The translations under genes and the position numbers were made by a program. The notes under the pieces are model-generated. The model saw only the letters and a list, made by a program, of their open reading frames with translations, made no database searches and was not told the origin of the DNA. Positions 24,916-37,900 of a stretch of 64,000 nt of DNA are shown piece after piece (within the stretch, counting starts at the first letter, position 1; each line of letters begins with the position of its first letter). The DNA is from Anthoceros angustus. Lineage: Eukaryota > Plantae > Anthocerotophyta. The stretch lies in contig MU008171.1 of NCBI GenBank assembly GCA_010909165.1, positions 1,240,001 through 1,304,000 of the forward strand, in the 5' to 3' direction.

Positions 24916-26199
24916 CCGAGAAGGTCCACAAGACCAATGGCCTCTCTCTCACCACCAGTCGGCCTCTTGGGCAGCACCACCATGCTCCTCCCGATCACCA
25001 CAGTCCTCTTTCTCCTGACTCACGCCAAATTCCTCCTCCCCTCCGATGTCACGGCCTGGCGATTCCTCCTCAAAGTTTTGGATTCTCTCCTGCGCAGCGG
25101 CTCGCGTTAGCTCCCCACCTATTAGAGACACCCACTCCCTTGCGGCCGCTTTCTCAGATCGTCCTCCTCTTTGGCGGAGACTCCCCGCTGGAAGTTGCTC
25201 CCCTCCGGCCGACACCTCTCTCGCCGCCTCCTACTCCACGCGATGATCATCCACCCTCTCCACTTCAGTCGAATCCGCATTCTCTACAGGCGTGCCCACC
25301 TCACTTGCCGCTAGGACCATCCTGGTGAAGAAGGGGGACTACGTGGCATGCCATGCCAGCTGGCTCCTTGCCTTGCCATGCCACCTTCCCCGCGCGCTAC
25401 TTCGTGTTTGTGCACGAAGTGCACAAACACGAAACCTTCCTTGTCCACGTATGCCATTCCTCCATGCATGCCATATATAGTCCCCAGTTTTTTATGACCA
25501 TTTCGTGACCCAAGGACAAGTGTTTGCAATGCGATTTCTGAGTGGCCGATGACCAAGGAAGTGCCATGCCATGACAAGGTCATGGCCATCTTACAACCTG
25601 CCATGAACCAAGGACAATGGTTCCTTCTCTCAAATAAAATTCTCCCTCCACCATGGTCCAAGGAAGGTGGGTGCAAGCCATTAGAATAATTGAAAACTCA
25701 TGGCATGGAAGAAAACATGCCACGTCGAAGGTCGTTTGAAGCGTGACATTCCTTGTTTGTAATAATCTATATCAACATCTACACCATTGTGCAAGGACGG
25801 TGGGTGGCACGTGAGAGCCATTCAAGCAAACTAAATGCCCCTTTCATTATGCCATGAATGAAGGACCGTCCGTATGTGAATTTGCCATATATATGCCAAT
25901 TCCGTTCTCCTAGATAATGATGTCCATCGTTCGAGACTCCCATTCGCTCTCCACCAATCATGCGTCACATGGCGAGCGTATAATGTATTCACGCGGCACC
26001 ATGCTAGGGTGACTCGGCGTCACTATGGCGTCACGCAGTATAAAGTTTCCAGCCCTTAGGAGACATGAAAACAAACTTCGCATTCGCTCCTTTATGGCCG
26101 GCGCGCTTCACACTCATTGCATTTACCGGCCATCACTTTGTTGGTCGGCGACCATCAAAGCGCCATGTTTGGTTTGTCACATGTAAAGCGTTGAAATTC

Positions 26200-28330
26200 A
26201 AGATCCTCTCATCCGCAACCCGATGTGGCACGGGGCACAAGTGGGCGTAGAAGGTGGTGGTCCGCTTTAAATGTCACCACCTTGCCCTCGCTTCACGCTA
26301 CTACCTTTCTCTTGGTCATCCTCGCGGTGAGCGAGCCATCTTCAGTGAACATGCACACTGCGGCGCTCTCCTGCTACCTTATGCCATGTATGATGGACAT
26401 GTTGACGTATGTCGGAGCTAGCTTCCGTCGGAAACCTAAATGGGCGTGGAGTGGTAGTTCGCACCACGAGGCGTGTGTTCATGTCTCCATCTTCAAGTGC
26501 ACAACTAGAAATATTGTTGATGGCCATCAAGGATCCTTTGCAAAGGTTGGAGGGGCGGTGTCACCGCCCCTCATGGCGTGGAGCAGAGCTGTCTACGTGG
26601 GGACTTGCCGTTCGGTGGCGAGGTGGTTCCTTCCACATGGTGCGGGCATGGTGTTCTGGTGACCACACACGGTATGGCTGGGGTTCGGTTGAGGCGGATG
26701 TGAACACTTTTTTTCGCCTACCTACAAGTCCATGCTGCAGCTAAAGTGTTTGTGGAATCCATAAGTCAAAACCGCCACCTTCGCTGCGACTGTGCATTTG
26801 TGGATCATTGCGTATGCACATTATTGTTGCGGTGGTGGAAACCGGCGATGGCCATTAAGGACAAGGGCTGCAATTCACATCAATGTGATGGCCATCGAGG
26901 ATGATGGATGGGGAGGTTGCTCTCCCTCGTCGGCCATCAAGGACTGGTATGGAGGGCCGTCGTCCCTTGGCTCTTGTCTCGGGCATGGCGTCGTGTGTGG
27001 GGACGGTTTATACCTCACAATGTGGGGACATATGCACGTAATTAAACATTGGGATGGGAAAGTCCTTCATCCTTGATCACTACTTGTACTTCCCATCGTC
27101 ACAATAAAACTCGATGACTGTCTTGTCCTTGGCGGAATGGATGGGTATGGTTTGGTGCCCGTCCATACCTGACCGACATGACAAGTCACCTTCACGTCAC
27201 ACGAGTCACGCGTGAAAGTGGAATAAATCATGTATGGTGATTGGTTTGCATGCTATAGTCTATTGTCTCCTCCTCGGATGCACAAGGCAATCTTTGGTCG
27301 TGGAAGACGATGATTAATGGTAAAATGCGAATGGGCATTGAGAGCGGTGCGCCATGTGGGCAATATAATACATCATGAGTAACGTCTGATAACCAATGGG
27401 ACATGAAACTTGCTCCCAAGTCTCAAGGTTGTGGTCGAAAATTGTTGTGATTATGGGCAAGTAGCATGTGCATGGTAGCTGGTCCGGCCAAGAGGAGTAA
27501 ATGACAACCTGTTGGGCCTTTGCAAACAAAGCTTTTCAAAATAGCAGCCTTGAATTCGGCGGTAGGGACTCATGGCCCGCACCTTTCACGAGAGGGAAGC
27601 CATTGCCTTCAGCACGCGGTGGTGGACAACCGGTTCGCGAGGATGGGGAGTATGGCGAGGTGAAGCTTGCTAGGGGAGTCACGTATGAAGCTGCGAACAC
27701 CAGTCGGACGGCGTCGGCCGACAACGAGACCCTATCTGGGTGGGGAGGATGAGGGGGCCAAATGGCCTCGGGCTATCTCGCTCATCCACCGCACCCCGGC
27801 GGTCTCCATTCGGTCGGCGGCGTGAAGAAGCGGCCTCCTCGTCGAAGGCAGTGAGAGGTAAGGCGAGGGCGACATGGGCCGAACCCGGACTTGATTTTGA
27901 CGACTTTGAGACGTGGAACCTCCGGCCCGACGGATGCGGAGTTGGAGCGCTGCGTGCGAAATTGAAGGAAATAGATGAAGAGCTATTTACATTGGATGAG
28001 GTGGGTTTTCGCGACGTTTGCAAGTGGCGGCAAAGTGTGCGTTACGAAGTTTGCAGCGGATGAGTGGGCATGGTGGACAAACGGTAACACATGTGCACAG
28101 CATGGCAGCGTTCAAGCTTGGAGACAAGGGAGGCAACCTTTCGAGGACAGGCGGTGGCGGATTGCTAGAAGGGAAAGGGTGGAAATCGTGAAAGGCGATA
28201 GTGGGGTTCTGTGCGAGTTCCTTCAGTAAGATAGGGAGTGTATGAAAAGATCCTAGAGGTTCGAGGCTATTGCAAGGAGAACAAGGAAATGACCATTTTG
28301 CTTAACGACATTGAATTGAAGATGGATCCC
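26200..28330 (+). pseudogene. Possible decayed CACTA TnpD C-terminal and TnpA-like remnants of the outer TIR element
   Basis: Weak motif resemblance only, e.g. LRAKLKEIDEELFTLDEVGFRDVCKWRQSVRY (TnpA-like) and fragmentary DUF4216-like pieces near 27300-27500. Confidence 0.25.
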
Positions 28331-28959
28331 GATATGGTGGCCTTTCCGAGACGACGGAAGGGGTGGGAGGCAACGATGGTGCACGAGGTGGTGACATGGA
28401 CGACGAGAGGCTATCAAGGAAGGGGCTTGGGAGGAAGGAGGAGAGGGGCGAGGGACAACGGACTTTGAATGGGGAAAGGCGACGGCATGAACAAGGAGGA
28501 GGGGAAGTGGAGACGGAGCGCCTTGAGGAAGCATGCAGGAGGGAGGCGGAGGGGAACCGAGTGACAGTGGACGATATTGTGGTGCCGCGACACCACGATC
28601 GCCTAGGGTTGGTGGAAGCCGCATGCCCGGGAATGGGGTCAGGTGGCAACGAGGCCGTGGGCAGCAAGCAAATAATGGAAAAGAGGTGGAGGGGTGCCCG
28701 AGACCGCCAGTGACCATGTATGGGAGGGTGGAGGCCGTTGGGATCGATGGAGGACGAGCCGATGGAGGCGGGGAACAAGGTGTGGAGGCGGAGTCGGGTG
28801 GTGGAGCACGGAGGGGCAATCGAACCGTCACCGTGAACACTACTACAAAATGGGTTCGAATATGACAAGCCATATAAGACACCATATGACGGGTGATTTT
28901 CATCATTTAAAGGCGATGATCAAGTTAAGACAATTACCTTGGGTCGTCATTCATCCAAT

Positions 28960-31900
28960 ATGATGTGGTGTGCTTCGTCTTAAAATCGTCCTTCCCAACT
29001 ACGCTTATCGGAGGGTTACCCAACCCGCCAACCAAGTCTAGTTACGTGCACCGTTGGAGATTGCACCGCCTAACGTTATTGTGCCCGACGGCGAACTGCA
29101 ACATCGACCCGTATGCCAGCAGAACGCCCGCCCGGCTTGCACATGTACCGTCATCTATCAAACCCCTCTCGCCTCACCGCCGGTGCATGACTCAGGATAT
29201 CCGCTAGTCTCGCTAACGACCGCCGAAAATCCAACGGCTTTCTCGATAGCTCCAATTACTGGTTCATACCGCACTAAACGCTATGGAACCCTCGTCGGTC
29301 CATGGATCTCCCGCTCAAATCGGCGGATCCCTCGAGTGCTATGCCAATGCCCTCGATGCGCGGAAAACACTCGCCCAATTCGCAAGTGACATTGCAGCCG
29401 ACATGAGAGATCTTGGGTGCGGCTCCTCGCAGAGGTTAGGCACCATCACTGCTTTTTGGGAATTGTATGATGTGGTGTGCTTCGTCTTAAAATCGTCCTT
29501 CCCAACTACGCTTATCGGAGGGTTACCCAACCCGCCAACCAAGTCTAGTTACGTGCACCCGTTGGGTGCACTCGGTCATGGCGCGCTTGTTCACCGACGG
29601 AACCGTAACAACGACCGGTGCATGTGCCGACGTCGCGGCTTGCACATGTACCATCTATCAAACCCCTCTCGCCTCACCGCCGGTGCATGACTCAGGATAT
29701 CCGTTGGGGTTGCCAGCGGACCGTCGAAAATCCAACGGCTTTCTCGATAGCTCCAATTACTGGTTCATACCCTCGGACCAAGCGTTGCGGAACCCTCGTC
29801 GGTCCATGGATCTCCCGCTCAAATCGGCGGATCCCTCGAGTGCTATGCCAATGCCCTCGATGCGGAAAACACTCGCCCAATTCGTGCGGACATTGCGGTA
29901 GCGACATGAGAGATCTTGGGTGCGGCTCCTCGCAGAGGTTAGGCACCATCACTTTTTGGGAATTGTGGCGGATGTGTGGGGCTTGTTTGGTTGGATGGAT
30001 GAGCTCTCACCACGCATCTTCTATGCCGCAGTGTGCCACCGACGGTGATTCCACTCTACGCATGCACAGGGTCAATGGAGGGGCACGAGGGCATGTCGGT
30101 GGGCAGCAAGCAAATAATGGAAAAGAGGTGGAGGGGTGCCCGACCGCGGTGGCAACCATGTATGGGGAGGTGGAGGCCGTTGGGATCGGATGGAGTGGCA
30201 CGACGGATGGAGGCGGGGAACAAGGTGTGTGGAGGCGGGGAGTCGGGTGGTGGAGCACGGAGAAACAGCGAGCCGTCACAGGAACACTACAAAATGGGTT
30301 CGAATATGACAAGCCATATAAGAGTCCATATAGCGGGTGATTTTCATCATTTAAATATAGCAGATCTTGGCTAAGACAATTACCTTGGGTCGTCATTCAT
30401 CCAATATGATGTGGTGTGCTTCGTCTTAAAATCGTCCTTCCAACTACGCTTATCGGAGGGTTACCCAACCCGCCAACCAAGTCTAGTTACGTGCACCGTT
30501 GGAGATTGCACCGCCTAACGTTATTGTGCCCGACGGCGAACTGCAACATCGACCCGTATGCCAGCAGAACGCCCGCCCGGCTTGCACATGTACCGTCATC
30601 TATCAAACCCCTCTCGCCACCGCCGGTGCATGACTCAGGATATCCGCTAGTCTCGCTAACGACCGCCGAAAATCCAACGGCTTTCTCGATAGCTCCAATT
30701 ACTGGTTCATACCGCACTAAACGCTATGGAACCCTCGTCGGTCCATGGATCTCCCGCTCAAATCGGCGGATCCCTCGAGTGCTATGCCAATGCCCTCGAT
30801 GCGCGGAAAACACTCGCCCAATTCGCAAGTGACATTGCGGTAGCGACATGAGAGATCTTGGGTGCGGCTCCTCGCAGAGGTTAGGCACCATCACTGCTTT
30901 TTGGGAATTGTATGATGTGGTGTGCTTCGTCTTAAAATCGTCCTTCCAACTACGCTTATCGGAGGGTTACCCAACCCGCCAACCAAGTCTAGTTACGTGC
31001 ACCCGTTGGGTGCACTCGGTCATGGCGCGCTTGTTCACCGACGGAACCGTAACAACGACCGGTGCATGTGCCGACGTCGCGGCTTGCACATGTACCATCT
31101 ATCAAACCCCTCTCGCCTCACCGCCGGTGCATGACTCAGGATATCCGTTGGGGTTGCCAGCGGACCGTCGAAAATCCAACGGCTTTCTCGATAGCTCCAA
31201 TTACTGGTTCATACCCTCGGACCAAGCGTTGCGGAACCCTCGTCGGTCCATGGATCTCCCGCTCAAATCGGCGGATCCCTCGAGTGCTATGCCAATGCCC
31301 TCGATGCGGAAAACACTCGCCCAATTCGTGCGGACATTGCGGTAGCGACATGAGAGATCTTGGGTGCGGCTCCTCGCAGAGGTTAGGCACCATCACTGTT
31401 TTTTGGGAATTGTGGCGGATGTGTGGGGCTTGTTTGGTTGGATGGATGAGCTCCTCACCACGCATCTTCTATGCTGCAGGTGCGGCCAGCCGACGGTGAC
31501 CTCCACTCTACGCATGCGTACATCTACCCCCCGATGCCCGATGCTGACCCGGCCTTCCCGCAAGTTGCACCTGCAGCCCTTGGCGCCGCCTCCTGCCCCA
31601 ATTCACCTCAACATGTTCCCACAACCGGTATGCAAATGATAGAAGACGAGGCCATTCCGTACTGCGTCGCCGGGTGTGAGCATGGTTCAACATTGGGGAT
31701 CTTGACCGCTTGGCGGAGGCCATGCGGCTCATGGTCGGTAAGCGACGATGCCTGTGCCGGCTTGGAATCCAAGCAAGCAAGCCCTTGTGGACTGTTTCAG
31801 CGACGGATGTGTCTCATCACACACGGTTATCTGGGGCACTGGCCTTCCTAACTCTGCAGGAGCGCTTCAAGATTTCCGACTCAGCGATGACGGCAATCTT

Positions 31901-34900
31901 CCAACTCCTCTCCACTTCTATTCTGCCGAAGATAAATTCGATGCCCACATCGAAGGGGGATGCTCGGAAAATGCTCCTTCACGTCGGACAGACAACACGG
32001 TAATTAGCGCTGTGGGCGATCGTTGCCTATTTTGGGGCCCCGGCGAACACACAATTTGCGACATCCGTGGTCACCGAGGTTTTGATTGGGCAAACAGGGA
32101 AACCTGTGCCCGCAAGACCATGTTCTTCTTTCCGGTTATTGAGCGACCCGGTCGCTTGCTTGTCCTACCATTGCGCGCTTGCTCCGTGGAAGGCGACAGA
32201 GTTCGACGGACAACTCAGATCATGGCCGATACCCCAAGCCTTGGAAAGCCCTTGATGCCGTGGGCGGCTTTGGTGGGGAGGATCGAATATTCGCTAGGAA
32301 TATCGACGGATGGCTTTAACCCAAGTGGGCACCGGCCCGCTTCTTACTCTATTTGGCCCGTGTTCCTTTCATTCATAACTCCGCCTCCTGGCTTACCACC
32401 AAGAGGCATCGCATACTCATGCCCATTATCATACCGGCCCAAACAAGTGAAGAATCTTGATGTGTACTTACCCTTGATGGAGGAGTTGGCCTCCCTATGG
32501 ACCGGTGTGGCCGCAGCGTGATCATTCCAAGGACGTGTCCCACCGCCCATTACTTTCTCCTCCGTCTGCGGTCCTCCACGCTACATGTGATTACCCGGAC
32601 CGGGGTTCTTCGGGCTTCAGTTCGTGGGTACCAATGTTGTTTTGAATGTGGACCCCTACGCCCACGGTGGTCGCGCTTTGGATAAGGTGGTATGTGATGG
32701 GCACTGCAGATGGGCACAGGGTGACCAACCGAGGCTTGAGCATCGTGAGTTTTCAACAACGAGATAGAGCGCCCCGCCCCGCCAAGGGCCGTCCAGACAT
32801 TATTGATGAGATGGATGCATGGGAAAATGCAGGCTGTGGGAGAGAGCGAATGGACGTTGGAGTGTGAAGCGGAAATCGCCTTTTGCTCTCCACTTGCCCT
32901 ACTTACGATCTATTCCTGTGTTATGGTCAAGGACGTGATGCACACCGAGGTGAATGCCCAAGCGTTATGGAACATTTGATCGAGTTTGGGACACGCACAA
33001 TGCCGAGGTTGACCTCGTTGACTTGGACTCAAGCCTTGGTTGTGGCCTCGTTGTTGACGCATCATGGCCGATACCCCACCTTGGAAAGCCCTTGATGCCG
33101 TGGCTTTGGTGGGGAGGATCGGAATATTCGGCTAGGAATATCGACGGATGGCTTTAACCCAAGTGGGCACGGCCCGCTTCTTACTCTATTTGGCCCGTGT
33201 TCCTTTCATTCATAACCGCCTCCTTGGCTTACCACCAAGAGGCATCGCATACTCATGCCCATTATCATACCGGCCCAAACAAGTGAAGAATCTTGATGTG
33301 TACTTACCCTTGATGGAGGAGTTGGCCTCCCTATGGTGTGGCCGCATGATGGATCATTCAAGGACGTGTCCCACCGCCCATTACTTTCTCCTCCGTCTGC
33401 GGTCCTCCACGCTACATGTGATTACCCGACCTTTTTCAGCTTGGTTCGTGGGTACCAATGTTGTTTTGAATGTGGACCCCTACTTGACCACGGTGGTGGC
33501 TTTGGATAAGGTGGTATGTGATGGGCACTGCAGATGGGCACAGGGTGACCAACCGAGGCTTGAGCATCGTGAGTTTTCAACAACGAGATAGAGCGCCGCC
33601 CCGCCCCGCCAAGGGCCGTGACATTATTGATGAGATGGATGCATGGGAAAATGCAGGCCGGTGGGGAGAGAGCGAATGGACGTTGGAGTGTGAAGCGGAA
33701 ATCGCCTTTTGCTCTCCACTTGCCCTACTTACGATCTATTCCTGTGTTATGGTCAAGGACGTGATGCACACTGAGGTGAACAATGCCCAAGCGTTATGGA
33801 ACATTTGGTGGAGTTTGGGACACGCACAATGCCGGGTTGAGTTGACCTCGTTGACTTGGACTCAAGCCTTGGTTGTGGCCTTTGTTGGCGACCATGATGA
33901 GACCCACTGCCGGATGCATCATACACACTTTCAAAACCGACATTCAAGCGTGAAAGATGAGCTTTGTAGGATCGGACCACCAACCGCCTTCTTGGCGCAA
34001 ACCTTTCCTCTTCTTTTGGTGGGTCTAAAATAAGCGGTCTAAAGAGCCATGATTGGCACCTTCGCCATGCATTTTTCCCTATTGCCGGCGGGCGTTTGAA
34101 GGCCCGAGTATGCCTGCTTTGTTGAGCTTAGTGGCTTATACCTGGATATGTCGGAAGGTTATAAATCCAGTGAGATTCCAGCAATGTTAAGATGGTGAAC
34201 ATTATAGTGGCATTGGAGCGGTGTTATCCGTCGGTCTTGTGGAACCCTATGCAACACGCTCATCCACCTCACGGACGAGGTAGAAACGCATGGCCCGCCC
34301 ACGTCCGATGGATGTACCCGTGGAGAGGCATCTCCATGTATTGAAGCGATCCGCCAATGAGCAAAGGAAGGAGCATGGCCACGGGGCATCTTGCCATGGA
34401 GAGCATGTTTTTCATGAGTGATTTCACAGCAAGGACCCTGGTGAAGCACATTTATTCCAAAGAAACCACGATTCCCGCACCGAGGAGCGGCCCGTGGGGA
34501 AAGGCAAGCGAAAACCACTCGCTCAAGAGCGAAAGCGTCAGATTGGCACTTCCTCCGCATTCGACGCTCAGCCGTCTGCGCACCGACTCGGTGACGGCAA
34601 TCTTCCAACTCCTCTCCACTTCTATTAGAAGATAAATTCGATGCCCACATCGGGGGACGCCGGAAAATGCTCCTTCACGTCGGACGGACAACACGGTAAT
34701 TAGCGCTGTGGGCGGCTGCCTATTTTGGGGCCCCGGCGAACACACAATTTGCGACATCGTGGTCACCGAGGTTTTGATTGGGCAAACAGGAAACCTGTGC
34801 CCGCAAGACCATGTTCTTCTTTCCAGCTTATTGAGCGACTCAAGGTTGCTTGTCCTACCATTGCGCTGGCTTGCTCCGGTGGAAGGCGCAGAGTTCGACG

Positions 34901-37900
34901 GACAACCGCATCATGGCCGATACTTGGAAAGCCCTTGATCTGTGGGCGGCTTTGGTGGGGAGGATCGGAATATTCGGCTAGGAATATCGACGGATGGCTT
35001 TAACCAAGTGGGCACCATTGCGCTTTACTCTATTTGGCCCGTGTTCCTTTCATTCATAACGCCTCCTTGGCTTACCACCAAGAGGCATCGCATACTCATG
35101 CCCATTATCATACCGGCCCAAACAAGTGAAGAATCTTGATGTGTACTTACCCTTGATGGAGAGTTGGCCTCCCTATGGTGGTGTGGCCGATGGATCATTC
35201 AAGGACGTGTCCACGCCCATTACTTTCTCCTCCGTCTGCGGTCCTCCACGCTACATGTGATTACCCCGGGCTGGGGGCCCTTTTCGGGCTTCAGGTTCGT
35301 GGGTACCAATGTTGTTTTGAATGTGGACCCCTACTTCAGCCACGGTGGTCGCGCGCTTTGGATAAGGTGGTATGTGATGGGCACCGCAGATGGGCACCTA
35401 CAGGTGACCAACTGAGGCTTGAGCATCGTGAGTTTTTCAACAACGAGATAGAGCGCCGCCCCCCGGCCCCGCCAAGGGCCGTCCAGACATTATTGATGAG
35501 ATGGATGCATGGGAAAATGCAGGCTGTGGGAGAGAGCGAATGGACGTTGGAGTGTGAATCACTTTTGCTCTCCACTTGCCCTACTTACGATCTATTCCTG
35601 TGTTATGGTCAAGGACGTGATGCACACTGACAATGCCCAAGCGTTATGGAACATTTGGTGGAGTTTGGGACACGCACAATGCCGAGGTTGACCTCGTTGA
35701 CTTGGACTCCAAGCCTTGGTTGTGGCTGTTGTTGGCGACCATGATGAGACCCACTGCCGGATGCATCATACACACTTTCGGCCCGACATTCAAGCGTGAA
35801 AGATGAGCTTTGTAGGATCGGACCACCAACCGCCTTGGCGCAAACCTTTCCTCTTCTTTTGGTGGGTCTAAAATAAGCGGTCTAAAGAGCCATGATTGGC
35901 ACCTTACCTCTGATACTTTTTCCCTATTGCCTTGCGGGGCGTTTGAAGGCCCGAGTATACTGCTTTGTTGAGCTTAGTGGCTTATACCTGGATATGTCGG
36001 AAGGTTATAAATCCAGTGAGATTCCAATGCAGTTAAGATGGTGAACATTATAGTGGCATTGGAGCGGTGTTATCCGTCGGTCTTGTGGAACCCTATGCAA
36101 CACGCTCATCCACCTCACAGGACGAGGTAGAAAGCATGGCCCAGTCCACGTCCGATGGATGTACCCGTGGAGAGGCATCTCCATGTATTGAAGCGGTCGA
36201 TCCGCCCGAGCAAAGCCGGAAGGAGCATGGCCACGGGGCATCTTGCCATGGAGAGCATGTTTTCGCGAGTGATTTCACGGCAGCAAGGACCCTGGTGAAG
36301 CACATTTATTCCAAAGAAACCACGCATTCCCGCGAGGAGCGGCCCGTGGGGAAAGGCAAGCGAAAACCCTCGCTCAAGAGCGAAAGCGTGCATTGGCACT
36401 TCCTCCACGCATTGGGGCCGTTGTCTGCGTGCCGTCGACTCGATGGCGCGACCGAGGCGCTTTTGACATGGTTGGGCGGGGTTCTTTCGGGGAGGTGGGC
36501 AAGCATGGAAGACTACAATGACCTCCGCTATGGTGTTTGGTCCCGAATCAAGGTAACTACTTACGCGGTTTGGACACGATGGGGTACCACTATCGCACTA
36601 AGGAATCGATGCAAATCGGCGGTCAACACAGATAGTTGGGTTTTGGCACATTCGACATGGAGGACCAGCCGGTTGATTTTACGGGCAAGTGGATGGGATA
36701 TTCGATGTTGCTTTGAGGCGGACCGCCTTCGTCCTCGTGATCCGATGGTTTCGGCGAATTCACACCAACCCCGCCTATGGGCCCGGATTGCGGTGGGTTT
36801 ACCGCAATCGATACAAGGCGCTTATTGCTATCGGCGAGACCATAAGACCGGCCCCTTCACATTCCCGCGTCACGTGCAACAGGCATTGGCACATCCAGAT
36901 GTGGGGAGGGGCCGGGCAGGTTGGTACATTTGCACCCCTGTTCCTTCCAAATGGGATTTCTTGCTAGAAAGGGATGAAGACACACCGTAGACAACTGTGA
37001 GCAAATGCATCATTATGGAAACTGATTACAGAATAAGGCACTCAGTGGCCCGCAAAAATTGCGACTCCGGGACCGAGCGCTCTTCTTGTCACTCCTTGGG
37101 CGGGTGGCGTGGTGCCCGGCCGTGATTGCTGCAAATGATGCACCGTGTCGAGCTGCCCCGCCCCGCCAAGGGCCGTCCAGACATTATTGATGAGATGGAT
37201 GCATGGGAAAATGCAGGCTGTGGGAGAGAGCGAATGGACGTTGGAGTGTGAATCACTTTTGCTCTCCACTTGCCCTACTTACGATCTATTCCTGTGTTAT
37301 GGTCAAGGACGTGATGCACACTGACAATGCCCAAGCGTTATGGAACATTTGGTGGAGTTTGGGACACGCACAATGCCGAGGTTGACCTCGTTGACTTGGA
37401 CTCCAAGCCTTGGTTGTGGCTGTTGTTGGCGACCATGATGAGACCCACTGCCGGATGCATCATACACACTTTCGGCCCGACATTCAAGCGTGAAAGATGA
37501 GCTTTGTAGGATCGGACCACCAACCGCCTTGGCGCAAACCTTTCCTCTTCTTTTGGTGGGTCTAAAATAAGCGGTCTAAAGAGCCATGATTGGCACCTTA
37601 CCTCTGATACTTTTTCCCTATTGCCTTGCGGGGCGTTTGAAGGCCCGAGTATACTGCTTTGTTGAGCTTAGTGGCTTATACCTGGATATGTCGGAAGGTT
37701 ATAAATCCAGGTGAGATTCCAATGCAGTTAAGATGGTGAACATTATAGTGGCATTGGAGCGGTGTTATCCGTCGGTCTTGTGGAACCCTATGCAACACGC
37801 TCATCCACCTCACAGGACGAGGTAGAAACGCATGGCCCAGTCCACGTCCGATGGATGTACCCGTGGAGAGGCATCTCCATGTATTGAAGCGGTCGATCCG

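Noticed and set aside
23852-25018. 388-aa ORF, the longest in the track
   Set aside because: It lies in a C-rich tandem duplication, is S/P/H-rich with no domain, and the frame is not kept between repeat units.
25330-25730. Cluster of GCCATG/CATGGC inverted motifs as another transposon end
   Set aside because: No TIR or TSD found.
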